From positions 8,904,210 to 8,968,209 of the forward strand of contig MU062839.1 in assembly GCA_013265495.1 (NCBI GenBank): a stretch of 64,000 nucleotides of DNA, written 5' to 3'. The translations under genes and the position numbers were made by a program. Under the pieces are notes generated by a model that had not been told where the DNA came from, made no database searches, and saw nothing but the letters and a program-made list of their open reading frames with translations. This DNA is from Vicugna vicugna. Taxonomy: Eukaryota. This document shows positions 25,172 through 36,493 of this stretch, piece by piece; positions within the stretch are counted from its first letter, which is position 1; each line of letters begins with the position of its first letter.

Positions 25172-25189
25172 AATAATAGTAAGACATCA

Positions 25190-25719
25190 TGTTACCAGCC
25201 CTTCCACATGGTTCTCCAACAAGGGCCCTCCCGCCCAGTGTCATTCACACCAATAGAACGACACTGAATTTGGTTCAGAAACAAAGGAAAGCTTTATTCT
25301 TTGATCATAGAATGGAGAGGTGCAAGCTCGTGCTCTAGAGCACACGGTTTCACTCTCCGGGACAGGCTGTAAGCGGGGCTGCTTTATAGGGCCTCCTCAG
25401 TGGGGAGGGGGCGGAGTTCTCATCAGTCCGGCGCACGCGCGCTGCTCGCGCCCCAGGGCGCAGCGTCCCTGCCCGCAGCCGGCGGCCGCCATCTTGAGGG
25501 AGTGCCGCGCGGCGCGGCGCTTCTGCGCACAGTCTGCCCAGCTGAGGTGTCTGAGCTGCTCGTTTCGCTCTGGGAGCTCTGGTCTGAAGTGCCGGGTGTG
25601 AAGCCTCCGTACACGGCTCCCCGTGAGAAGGACAAAGGAGACAGAAAAAAAAGGTTAGACTTTATTACCAAGATTCTGTTTTTATTCCTCAGGAATTGTT
25701 AATGGGTTTGTCGGTGACA
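25190..25719 (-). mobile_element. Solo ERV LTR, CpG-rich, young-looking (U3 about 25719-25359, R about 25358-25271, U5 about 25270-25190)
   Basis: Minus strand begins TGTCACC and ends GGTAACA (6/7 terminal inverted repeat); YY1 motif CAAGATGGCGGC (25485-25496), GC box (25407-25415), TATAAA (25388-25383) and AATAAA (25298-25293) in LTR order; about 34 CpGs. U3/R/U5 borders are inferred. Confidence 0.85.
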
Positions 25720-25930
25720 AGTACACATTTAGGGCACGTCACAGTTTACTCATATTCGTTTTTGTTCTAAGCCTCAGCCTTCTCCCATGAGGTGACCATG
25801 AGTACCTGAGCACTATGTTTTTCATCTTTCAGATGAGGAAACTGAAGCTTAGAAAGGGAAAATGACCTTCCCAAGCAGAGCCTGGCCTAAAGCTGGGTCG
25901 TTGACTTCTAGTCCAGTGCTCTTGCCACCA
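25720..25930 (-). mobile_element. MIR SINE abutting the LTR
   Basis: ctttcagatgaggaaactgaagcttagaaagggaaaatgaccttcccaag. Confidence 0.7.
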
Positions 25931-26479
25931 TGAAACACTGCCTCTGTGCTCAGGGAGCTTCCACTGGATGGGGGCAGATACGTCCATGCATTTAAATGTA
26001 TTGAGAACGCACAGTAGGTAAAACACTTCAAGTTACCGATCACTTGAAATCATATACAGAAAGCCAAATGGGGATCCACATCCAGTGTCAGCTTCTTAAT
26101 GCTGCGACTGGATTAGAGTTGGTGCAGGATCTCCTGATCCTCCCTGAACCTAACAACTGGACCAGACATTCCTGACCTCCCCGTGTAGGCACAGGATGAG
26201 AAGCTGAGTAGATCAGAGAGTAGACTTGGCCTGGCAGGGACTGGCCCTACTCCCTCCATTGCTGTACATGAGAGAAAGTACAGGATGACTCCACCTTGCC
26301 CGAGTGCAAGGGGGTAGGTGGGTCCAAAGAGGGACAGTCTGCATTCTCGCCAGATCCACACTGGGTGGTTACCAGTTAACCCTGTCTCCTTCCCCTAAAT
26401 CAGATAGTTCTTTCTTCCTCTTTTGGAGAAGGGAAACTGAGAGTTGAGGGAGAGACTAAAAGCCTTGGTTTTCATATTA

Positions 26480-26700
26480 TATTTGCTTCCTTGTGCGGTA
26501 AAATGGATTCAAGTAAACATGATAACAGGAGACAGGACTCTTCCTGCAGCAGGCAGAATGTGAGTAAGTGCCATATAAATAGTATTGGAAGTAGGAGCTG
26601 TGAAGTGAGAGAATGGCGTGGGCAGGGGAAGTCTCTATGGAGGCTTAAGAGTTGACTTGGCTCTTGAAGAAGAAGCAGGAACTGAACAAATGAAGTCTTT
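26480..26700 (-). mobile_element. L2 fragment (degenerate)
   Basis: Purine-rich agtgccatataaatag...ggggaagtctctatggagg...ggctcttgaagaagaagcagga resembles antisense L2. Confidence 0.45.
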
Positions 26701-26994
26701 CTCAGAGAGTATCTTCTGATTCCTGATCCAGCCTGTAGGTGGTGGTTTTTAGAAACTTAGGAATTGGTTTGAATAAATCTAATATGGATAATAGATAACT
26801 GATGAATCAGGCCCAGTTGAAAACACCTCTTTGGGGGTTGTATGGTAACCCAGCAACACAAGGATGTGTGACAGGTACAGGGTCTTGCTCAGGCAAGCTG
26901 GCTAAACAGTCCCTTTTGGGATATGCCACTTTTTACCTGCTTCAGAAATGTCCATAAGAATGAATGATGCAACTTTGAGGAAAAGGATTCATCA

Positions 26995-27260
26995 TATTAC
27001 TATACATTGGAATGTACTGGAACAATGTTGACTTGAGACAGCAAATCCTGGGTTTTAAGCCTAGCCCTGACATGTATGCAAGTGACTTCAGACACATGGC
27101 TTGTCCCCTCTATGGCACAATTTTCTCCAGCAACACGAGGATGATAGTAGCATCTATTTCAAAGGGTTGTTCTAGGGCTTAATGAGATAATGCATGAATA
27201 TGAAGAGTCCAGCTCCTGATGTACATTGCATGCTTAATAAATGCGCTCTCATTAATTACT
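26995..27260 (+). mobile_element. MIR SINE
   Basis: cctgggttttaagcctagccctgac...gcatctatttcaaagggttgtt...ttaatgagataatgcatg...gcttaataaatg. Confidence 0.75.
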
Positions 27261-27579
27261 ATTTTTATTATTATTACTAGACCCTGAGATTCATCCTGTT
27301 GTGGAGATGACTCTCAATGGTTTTGCAGGACAAGAAGTGCCTAATTGTAGCCAAAAAAACTTACCTTGCTTTGCTTTTTGTTATCTTTGGGTTCAGTTTT
27401 TGGTTTTGTTTTGTTTTGACCTCCAGGAGACTTGTCATGTTGGATGAGAATTTGAAACAGGTCTTTCCACCTTTATTAACATTCTGTCCATCTTTCAAGT
27501 TTCGTTTCAAATTCCATTTGGGGAAATTAGGAAATGCGTTATGGAGGAACTGGTATTCATCTCTCCCTCTCAGCTCCCA

Positions 27580-27780
27580 CAGGTCTTTATAATTTTATTA
27601 TGGCATTTATCATATTATGTCCAGTACTGTAGTTATATACCATCTGTCTCTTTCACCACCCAGTAACTTTCCTGAGGGTAGGAGGAAGAGTCCATTTATC
27701 TTGGAATCCCCCACAGCATATGGTAGATTACTTGGCACACAGTAGATGTTCAATAAATATTTGTTAAATTGAAATGATTC
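27580..27780 (+). mobile_element. L2 3' end
   Basis: cttggcacacagtagatgttcaataaatatttgttaaattgaa is the L2 3' terminus. Confidence 0.75.
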
Positions 27781-27944
27781 AAAAATTTTAAAAAGACTTC
27801 CTTATAATCATTTATTTTTCTATTTGTCCATTGAGTTTTCCAACTGGGGAGGAAAATTTGGGGGATTATCATGAAGCAATCTCAAACTTCATGAACCAAA
27901 GGTAAAATGATTATCATTCTTGAGTTTTTGATACTGTTCCTTGA

Positions 27945-28100
27945 AGAGATAGACGCAATATACAGAGCAGCAAAATACTGGGGAAACTATTGTTGACTGG
28001 CACTTGTGGGCTCCAGCCCTGCTATTGTACTACTGTGTAAACCTGAACAAGCTCTGCGCCTCTCTGAGCCTGTTTCTCCACTTGCAAAATGAAGATGCTC
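27945..28100 (+). mobile_element. MIR SINE (degenerate)
   Basis: ctgtgtaaacctgaacaag...cctctctgagcctgtttctccacttgcaaaatg. Confidence 0.6.
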
Positions 28101-28399
28101 TCTCTCTTTTACTTACAAATTTATATCATTCCTGGCTTCTTTATTTAGATACAAAGAAGATTTCTGCCATCATTCTTGAAAAAGTAAGTTGAAGAGATCA
28201 CAGTTGTTGTTAAATCACTACTATACCCTTAGGACCTAGAACAGTGTCTGGCAGAGTAGCTTCTCAACAAATACTAATTGACTAAAAGAGTGAACAAATA
28301 AATACATTTAGACACCATTTAGTAATGTTGAGATACAGTGCTTAGGAATAGTTATAGTCCTGAACCTCCAAAATACCCTGTTTCTGGGAGACTCATACT

Positions 28400-28560
28400 A
28401 AGGCAAGAAGCACACCATGGAGGCAAATACAGAAAACAGGACCTGGGCTCTGCTCGACCTTTTTCTACATTGTGGCATGATATAAGGTTAAGTCTATGTA
28501 TACTGGAGCAATTAATATTTTAGATAAGACAATTTTTTATTGTGTGTGAATGTCCCATAA
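28400..28560 (+). mobile_element. MIR SINE (degenerate)
   Basis: aaacaggacctgggctctgct...attgtgtgtgaatgtcccataaactgtaa. Confidence 0.45.
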
Positions 28561-29339
28561 ACTGTAAGACATTATTGCCCAGTAAATGTCAGTACAAACC
28601 CCAGTCATTTGTGTTAACCAAAAATCCACTCCCAAACACAAACATTTCTGGACTCCCCCTAGAAGCAGTGCACACCCCCTCATGGAAAACCACTGATCTG
28701 TCCTCTGACTGGAGCAGCTTATGGATGGAGATTACTGCATGTCCTCTCATCTTCACTGCAGAAATTTATAATTTGATATGAATTAGCCTTAGTATCAACT
28801 CTGGTTCTTCCAAGTTAGAAAGATTAGCCATGTGAAAATTGTGGTCTTGTGGGAAGTTCTGTCCTTTACTAGGAATGTGGTTCACCCTCCCACTCGCATC
28901 TCTTAGAGAGATAATGACCAAATCCAAAGTGGCGATCTCATGGAGAAGCTACAGAAGGGGTTGATGTAGAATTGCCATGAATATCCATTTGACATATACT
29001 TAGAAACCTGTACAGCCCAAGTTATAAAAACCTTGGCTGATGCAGCATTACTGCCAATTTGAAGCCCATATCTTCCTGATGCTGAAGATCCTTTGTTCAC
29101 CTTATTGCAGGTTTTAGTTCCAAACTAAATGGACTTCAAATTGCATCTTTTGTTGTCCTGACGGGACCTGAAATTTTAGGAGTTAATGCTTCTTCCCCAG
29201 TCCTGATTTTTTTTTTTTCCACATAGAGGAAGCTTGGTAGTGTAACACTCCCGGCCAGTTCCATAGGAAAAGTCTACAGTGGACCGCTTGTCCCCGTGAA
29301 TGCTGGATAATTTTATTTAAGACTTCTGTGAAAACTCCT

Positions 29340-30272
29340 TTGCCTATCTTAAAGTTATTGGGTTTCCCAGGGCTCTTAAATTACCTTCTCTTTTTAATAT
29401 CCTTTTCTTGGACGGTCTCATCCACTTTCATACTTTTAACTTCCTTCTATAAGCTTATGGTCCACATTTGACCTTTCTTGCTACATCTCTCTCACTTAGG
29501 CTCCTTTTAGCTTAGATCAAGTGTTTTCTCAACAAGGTATGGACTAATGTGAGATAAGTGAGGGGCCTAGGGAGCAAAATTAAGGAGGCACTTACCCTCA
29601 GTGTCATGCCAGTGGCTATCTTCATGGCCACTGTCCTAGTCCCCATCCTCATTAGCTCTCCTTCAAGCTACTGAAGTAACCTTCTACTTCCTTCTTGTTT
29701 TCTGATTTTCCCTGGTACAATTTATTTAGAAGTTGCTCCTGGAGTGCTCTCACTAAAACTCATTTGATCATGTCTCTTCCAGGCCTTAAAAAAGTGGCCC
29801 CTCTCCTCCAGCCCAACACTTTATGGCTGTTGATGGCTTACAGAATCAAGTTCAAAGTCCTTGGCTCCTCTCACTGTAAACAGTTATACTTTTTCACCCC
29901 CCTCGCCAGTATTCATGAACTTCCAGCTCATTTGCATTGGTTCTTCTTGTTCCTTGTTTCTAGGAAGACACGATCCTCTGTCTTTATCTGGAAAACTCCT
30001 ATACATTCTTTAACAACCCTCTTTGAATATCACTTCTGCTGTGATGCCTTCCCTGATCTTTCTAGGCAGAATTAAGTGTTCCCACTGGCCTTTATTCATA
30101 TCCCTGTTGTAACTCATGATATTGTGTTCTGCTTATTTGTTTACATATGTTTCCTCCAGACTTTGAGCTCCCAGAGGAAAGAGAGCATTTCTAACTTAAC
30201 TCTGTCCCCTGTCACAGTGCCATGTAGTGGTTATCAATAGGTGCTTGCTGACTGAATGGATAGATGAATGAA
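29340..30272 (+). mobile_element. L2 LINE 3' region
   Basis: ggtctcatccactttcatacttttaac...cagaatcaagttcaaagtccttggc...cacttctgctgtgatgccttccctga...caataggtgcttgctgactgaatggatagatgaatgaat tail. Confidence 0.8.
29533..29612. mobile_element. MER91-like hAT-Tip100 MITE fragment nested in L2
   Basis: aagtgaggggcctagggagcaaaattaaggaggcacttaccctcag resembles the MER91 core as recalled. Confidence 0.45.
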
Positions 30273-31289
30273 TAATTCACTGCTTAAGGAGCCTATAGAA
30301 TGATTTTCAAGAGGACTGATTAAGTGGATTTTTGTGTTTTAAAGTTCATACATGCCCACATTGCAGATTCCTTGACATAATTGTGATCTAGTAATTTTGA
30401 TTAGTGGAGAACCTTGTTTTGAATTTAGGACTTAGGGCTTCCTTTGCTCACTGGCTTCTGTGTCTTACTTTTGTTTATGCTGGAATGATATCTTGTTAGT
30501 ATTACTCAGATGCCAGTTCCTTCCTGAAACTCCAGTGGTTTTACCAAGAAGGGCAAGCCATTCTGCAGGGCCCACACTAAAAACAACAAAAAGAAAAGAA
30601 AAAAAAAAACCAGCTTCCAGTACAGAAAAGCAGACAATCCTGGCAAAGGTTTTAAAACATAAATCGTTGACCAGCCTACAGAGAGGAATCAGATATTTGG
30701 AGGTAACAGGAGAGATGATTCATGACATGACTTCAGCGAGACCACAGTGCCTGAAACTTCCATTTGACCACATACACATGTGGTAAGACACAGGGACCAT
30801 TAATCTGTCCTCACACCTCTTTCTCACCCAGAATAAAAATTGTTTTGCCTAGCAAAAGAGGTGGGCTCAGCCAAGGGGAGACACATCGTATTATGTTTCC
30901 TGAAGGATCTATGTTGTTACAGTGAAAAGACAGCAACAACTTGCAAGGATTCCAAGGGAGATCATAAGACCCCTCTAGTCCTACCATTCTGCTACTCTTA
31001 GTCATGGAAGTGGTGTGACGAAATGTTATATGTGGTGGAGAGGCTCAGGTTACTTGTATGTGGTGGTAGTAGATTTTTTTCCTCTAACTTGGGAGATCTG
31101 CAATTTTTACACTGTCGCAGAATAAATGGATCCGTGACTAATGTTATACAATTTATGTAGCTGATTTCACATAATTTTCACAGTTGGTTCACATTTATGA
31201 CAGTTAAAAGGTTTTTCCCCTACTCTGAGATTTATGAAGTAGGATGGAATTTGCCTATCCACAGCCCCCAGTGCTATGTTTATATTCTC

Positions 31290-31425
31290 AAAGGCCATCC
31301 CCTCCACTTTACCTATTTTATAGATGAGGAAATTGAGACTGTTAACGGTTCAGTGACTTGCCCAAGGTCATGTAGCTGCCACATAGCAGAGCAAGAACCA
31401 AAGCCAGGTCCCACAAGACCTGGTT
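31290..31425 (-). mobile_element. MIR SINE
   Basis: attttatagatgaggaaattgagactgttaacggttcagtgacttgcccaaggtcatgtagct. Confidence 0.85.
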
Positions 31426-31866
31426 ACAAGCACATTTATTTGGATGGTTAGGATTCTGCATGAAAAGTGATATGATGCCTGATTCTCCTATTTTTCAAAA
31501 GAAATAGAAACATCTCTCTTCCTTCTGTGTCACCATTGCACACTCCCCCATTTCATATTGCAGCCACCCACCCAGTAGGAGGGGAGAGTTGAGGAAGCTC
31601 TGTTCATTGCTTGCAGACTGATGTCTCTTTCCCCAAATGTCAGCCTACTGGATTTTACTCAGTAGGCTGGATTTCATACTAGGAAAGTGCAGAAAGCTAT
31701 CAATTTATCATCTGAAAAATGAAACATCTTAAAGATACTACAAATTGTCTCAAATTCTGACCAGTAAGAACAGGAACATACACCCAAGCCAACTTCTCAC
31801 CAATCACAATGAACACTTTCCTCTTTATTTTACAGCAACGCCCCCTCAAAACATAAAACCCCAAGG

Positions 31867-32322
31867 TGTCTTAAGTCACACTCTATAGAAGTAAAGCCTG
31901 GGATGCTGATTCTTGAGCAAAAAATTTATTGAGGGACTTGCTTTCAAATGAAACATGTAAGAGAGTAAGGGAAGCAGTGTAGGGCAGGAAAGAAAGGAGG
32001 GGAAGATGTGGGTTCAATTGTAGTCTTGCCTCAGCCTGATCCCATGGGACGCTCTGGAGTGTGAATAGTTGTTCCCTTTTGAGGAAAGGGCTGGGCATTT
32101 ATATGAACATATCAATCAGTCTCTGGTTGTCGACCTTCCCAGGAGGGGATGGTGCAGAACCTCCCAGACATCTCTGAACTATGCTGTCCAGATGGCCGTG
32201 GCAAATCTCTGGAGCAGGGAAGGGTACAGCTGTGAGTTGTTAGCAGCCAATTTATACAGCAGCTGGGGAATGGGTGCACCAGTAACGGATTTGGGCAGGG
32301 CACCAAGAGCATACAGTAAACA
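31867..32322 (-). mobile_element. LTR16-like ERVL solo LTR
   Basis: TG...CA ends; atttattgaggga...cctcagcctgatcccatggg...cagctgtgagttgttagcagccaa...gcagctggggaatgggtgcacc. Confidence 0.65.
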
Positions 32323-33876
32323 TTGCTGTATGTATATGTCCCAGAAAAGAAAAGAAAAAAATAACTACCCATAACAACACAAAACAAGAAATCAGCTTTG
32401 TTCACCATAAAGCATAATTCACTGTTTGTTCTGTGATTGCATAAAAGTCACAAATAAGACAGTAAAGACAAAGAAAAACTATAAACACCACCAACAGAGG
32501 GATCTGTTAGAACCATGTCTGATTGAGAAAATATTAAGTGCCTTGTAGAACCATGACTTCTGGGTAAAAATGGAAGATTCACTGTGGAGTGCCCTCAATT
32601 CCGGGGTTCCCTTGGCTTCCTAGTTCCTGTGATTCTTTTCTTCACTGATCATAATGCCCCTTTTTGGCTTAAAAGTGTCCCTGGACAAGGGCAATACAGG
32701 ACTCAGGACCTGAGCAAAGAAAGCAATTGTTTTGAAACTACTGATTAATTAGGAGAATCTGCTCATCACTGTCTTGCCTCAACAAAATTATGTCCAAGGT
32801 GGCTCTGGCTCCTTCTCAAAATAGGAAATGAAGGACAAACTTCTGCCACACTTTCCCCAAGATGAAGAGAGTCTATGATATATCAAGAGCTGTACTAGTC
32901 ACCCTAGTAGACGTGAACTCATCTAATCTTTAGGTATCTATTTAAAGGTGAAAATTGTAGAGATGAGCAATAATTATTGAAGACAACGGGGCAAACAGCA
33001 TCAGTACTTGCCAGTGTTCAGATCAAGCAACAATTTTATAGTGTTTTCAACTCCCCTATTCTTTGGAATATATGGTGAATTAAAAAAAAATCTGTAAAGT
33101 AGGGAATAGCAATATTTACTCCACAATTTGTCATGATGGTTATAATGGGTAATATTACTAATATGATTAACTTTTGACTTGTTACATTTATTTACTATAA
33201 CTTATATGTGTCAAAAATGTCATAGTTTTTTTTTTTCTATTACAAAAAATATTCCACTTTCTTATGAGCCTGAGTTCCTGGTGATGATAGTGGAAGAAAT
33301 AAGGATAAGACATAACCTCATCAATTAAAGGTTACTTGGGACCCTCTGGCTTAAGGCTGTCATTTTCAGGTCAGTATTCAGCCAGTAGGAGTACCAGCTG
33401 CTCACTGGGGCTGCTTTTCCCTCTGGAGGGCCCTCTGTCTTAGCCTCTCATAGTCTACATGTGACACTGGGGCCTGATGTCAATGACTCTTTAGAAAAAG
33501 GCAAGGGCTTCTTCAATAATGAGCCATCCTCAAAATTCCAAATAAAGTTCAATTAGGTTTTTCTTGTCTATTCAGTTAATTAAGAAAAGAAAAGTCTTCC
33601 CTAGGAGAGTGGGAAAGCGAATAGAAGGGCCTCATAATTTAGTTAGTGTGGTTTTTCTTTGACCCAATTCTCTAACGTGTTGGATGAATTTCTTTTGCAA
33701 ATTGAATAATTTTCACAAGTCAATTACATACATTCCCTCAGTCTGAGTGTAATGAAATAGCTTAATAGAATAAAACAATAACTCCCAAGATGATGATATT
33801 GGCCATTATTAGGCATAACAATAAGAATTAATTATGACAGCAGAAGGGATAATTGATGATTTGGAAAATGGATTCT

Positions 33877-33939
33877 TTTTTTTTTTAACATTTTTTATTG
33901 ATTCATAATCATTTTACAGTGTTGTGTCAAATTCCAGTG
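33877..33939 (-). mobile_element. 63-bp 5'-truncated young L1 3' end (camelid-type)
   Basis: Minus strand: cactggaatttgacacaacactgtaaaatgattatgaatcaataaaaaatgtt plus poly-A; exact 15-bp TSD tggaaaatggattct at 33862-33876 and 33940-33954. Confidence 0.9.
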
Positions 33940-34104
33940 TGGAAAATGGATTCTAAAGCTCTTTTCCTACTGTAACTTTAAAGACATTTCAAGAGTTATG
34001 TGACTTTTCTGAATGCTTTTGAGCACGATTATTAATAATATGTTTTTCCCCCTTAATTCCTTACATTTGATTAGTCTTTTATGTAACACTGTCATGTAAA
34101 GAAT

Positions 34105-34365
34105 CTTGTTTTTGATTTAACCAACACTTAGAGCTTGCCATGTACTAGGCCCTGTTCGGGCACTTCACGTACGTATTAACTCACTTAATCCCTAGTGCTA
34201 TCTCTCTACTGTGTTATTCTGGGTACTCTTTACAAATGAGGAAACTCAGGTTTAGAGAGTGGGGAACTTGCTCTAGATTCCCCAGCTGGAAAGTTCCAGA
34301 TCGAGGATTTGGATCCAGTCTGCTTTCTGAGTCCCTGCTGTTAACCACAACACTGTTGTACCTAC
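34105..34365 (-). mobile_element. MIR SINE
   Basis: tttacaaatgaggaaactcaggtttagagag...gaggatttggatccagtctgctttctgagtcc. Confidence 0.8.
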
Positions 34366-34759
34366 CTCTCAGTCTTAACACCACCCTCAAAGCAGGAATG
34401 TTTGGTTCCATTTTCCTTAGGATTAAACATTTATTGAACAGAAATTAGGTTATTTGCCCAAAATGTAGTGCTGGTTAGTAAGTGCCAGAGCTGGAATTCA
34501 AACCCTTGCCCATTATTCCCGAATCAGCACTCTTCCTCATGTGCCTTTATGAAGCAAATTTTTTTTACTCAAAGTGATATATAATATTTCCAGAACTTTG
34601 GATCACCGAGTGAAAAATAATATATTTCCTTTTGGGAAAAAGAATTGGGCAGAAATTTTGAAGGCTGATGGAAACATATGCAATTCTTTTAAATTGGAAA
34701 CGTTGTTAATTTAGGAACACAGACTCATAGAATGCTTAAACTACAAGGGAGCGTATTGC

Positions 34760-34915
34760 CTCCTAGTAATTCTTATATTGATTGTGCATAAAAAGTCCCT
34801 GAGAATTTGTAATTAATGCAGGTTCTCAGGCCCCAACCCAGGAATTTACATTCGATAGATATGAGGTCAGGCTCAGGAATCTTAATTTTAACAAATATGC
34901 CTAGGTGATTAATGC
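34760..34915. mobile_element. MER5-type MITE (degenerate)
   Basis: aatgcaggttctcaggccccaacccag...ggctcaggaatcttaattttaacaaatatgcctaggtgatt. Confidence 0.6.
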
Positions 34916-35564
34916 TTATTTTTAAAATGGAGGAATGCAGGTGCAGAGGAGTGAACTGACCTGCTCAGATTTACAAGATGCTAGGAAAATCAAGACTCAA
35001 CATGCACTAAGTATACTTTAGTTTATTCATAAGATGACATGTTTTATTTATGAAATTCCAGGATTAATTTATTCACATTAGAATCACAAACCCACTAATG
35101 TAATTTATTCTTAAGTGAGGTAAAATTTTCTTATAAATGACGCTAAGAGCTGCTGAATTTTAAGGAACTAAATGTTACTGAGGTTTTACAACTTAATGAA
35201 TGTAAGCGGCAGCACTTACTCTCCCCAGAACTTAGTTTGATTAATTACATCAACACTAATGCATGAAATCGAATATATGCAAAATTACTTTAAAGAGATC
35301 TAGGAAGAGATAGACTATAGCAAATCAATGGCATTAGCCCAGTTAAGAAAGAATATATCAACAGAAGCAGGGTGTCTGCATGGAATATAAAAAACGGGAA
35401 TTAGAGAGCCAGAAAGTTGCCAGCTATCCAGAAATGTGTGGTGACCGGGAAACCCTGTCTCTGCTCCATTCAAGGGTATGCTGTTGACCCCTCACCAGGC
35501 TATAGCCCCATTCTCTGATCCTTACCTGCCCCTCTGATTGGTTCTGGAAGCCATATTTATAGTA

Positions 35565-35720
35565 TATCACCCTTCCCCTCAGGCCACAGTTGATCGGAGG
35601 GGTCGGGCTCCTGACATAGATCTGGGGCAATCAGATTCTCCATCACAAAAAATTGTAATTGAGATTCAAAGGCCCTCATTAGTCTCTTCTAGTAGTTTTG
35701 TATATAAACTCAGGAATTTT
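35565..35720 (+). mobile_element. MLT1J/K-like LTR fragment
   Basis: gttgatcggaggggtcgggctcctgacatagatctggggcaatcagattctc. Confidence 0.4.
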
Positions 35721-36062
35721 TGGAGCCAAAGTGAAGAAGTGTCTTAAAGAGAATGCTCAAAGGACATGATATATATCCTCTGCAGTCTGGGGGGCCTCAG
35801 ATGCTGGTTTCCAAATCACACCTGAGAAATCTAAAGTGCATGAGCTTGACTGAGAGGTGTATGGCAGCAGGATTAAGGAGTATGGCTTGGAGAAAGTAAC
35901 AGACCTCCCAAAATTCTCAGGGAAAAAGGATGCATGAGTGTTTCCCAGGCCAGATGTAGACCATATATAAGCAATAGCCAGCGTGGGGTTGTCTTATCTA
36001 CAGATCAAAACGGCTGCCTTGAGGTGTGAAGGGAAAGAAAGTAGAAAGAGATTGCTGAGTAC

Positions 36063-36493
36063 TGTACCAGTTTTCTAGGGCTGCCATAGCAAAGTACTAC
36101 AGACTGGATGGCTTAAAACAACGGAAAGCTATTCTCTTATAGTTCTGGAAGCCAGAAGTCCAGATTCAAGGTGTTGGCAGGATCATGCTTCCTCTGAGGC
36201 TCCTTCAGAAGGATCCTTCTTTGCCTCTTCCAGCTTCTGGTAGGTGCAGGCAGTATAACTCTGATCTCTGCCTCCATCTTCACATGATCATTTCCCCCGT
36301 GTGTCTCTGTGTCCAAATGTCCCTCTTCTTACAAGGACACTAGTTACTTTCGAGTAAGGGTCCACCAAACTCCAGCATGGCCTCATTTTAACTTACCTAA
36401 TTATACCTGAAATGACCGTATATCCAAATAAAGTCACATTCTGAGGTTGGACTTCAATTTATCTTTTTGGGGGCCACAGTGCAACCTATAGCA
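36063..36493 (-). mobile_element. MLT1B/C-type MaLR solo LTR
   Basis: TG...CA ends; agggctgccatagcaaagtactacagactggatggcttaaaacaac...gttctggaagccagaagtcc...aataaagtcacattctgagg. Confidence 0.9.

Noticed and set aside
25050-25267. Poly-His and Asp/Gly-repeat ORFs
   Set aside because: Translation artefacts of the (GAT)n(GGTGAT)n microsatellite
25320-25702. Three overlapping GC-rich ORFs (82-100 aa)
   Set aside because: They lie within the LTR, where high GC lowers stop frequency; no resemblance to retroviral or cellular proteins that I can recognise
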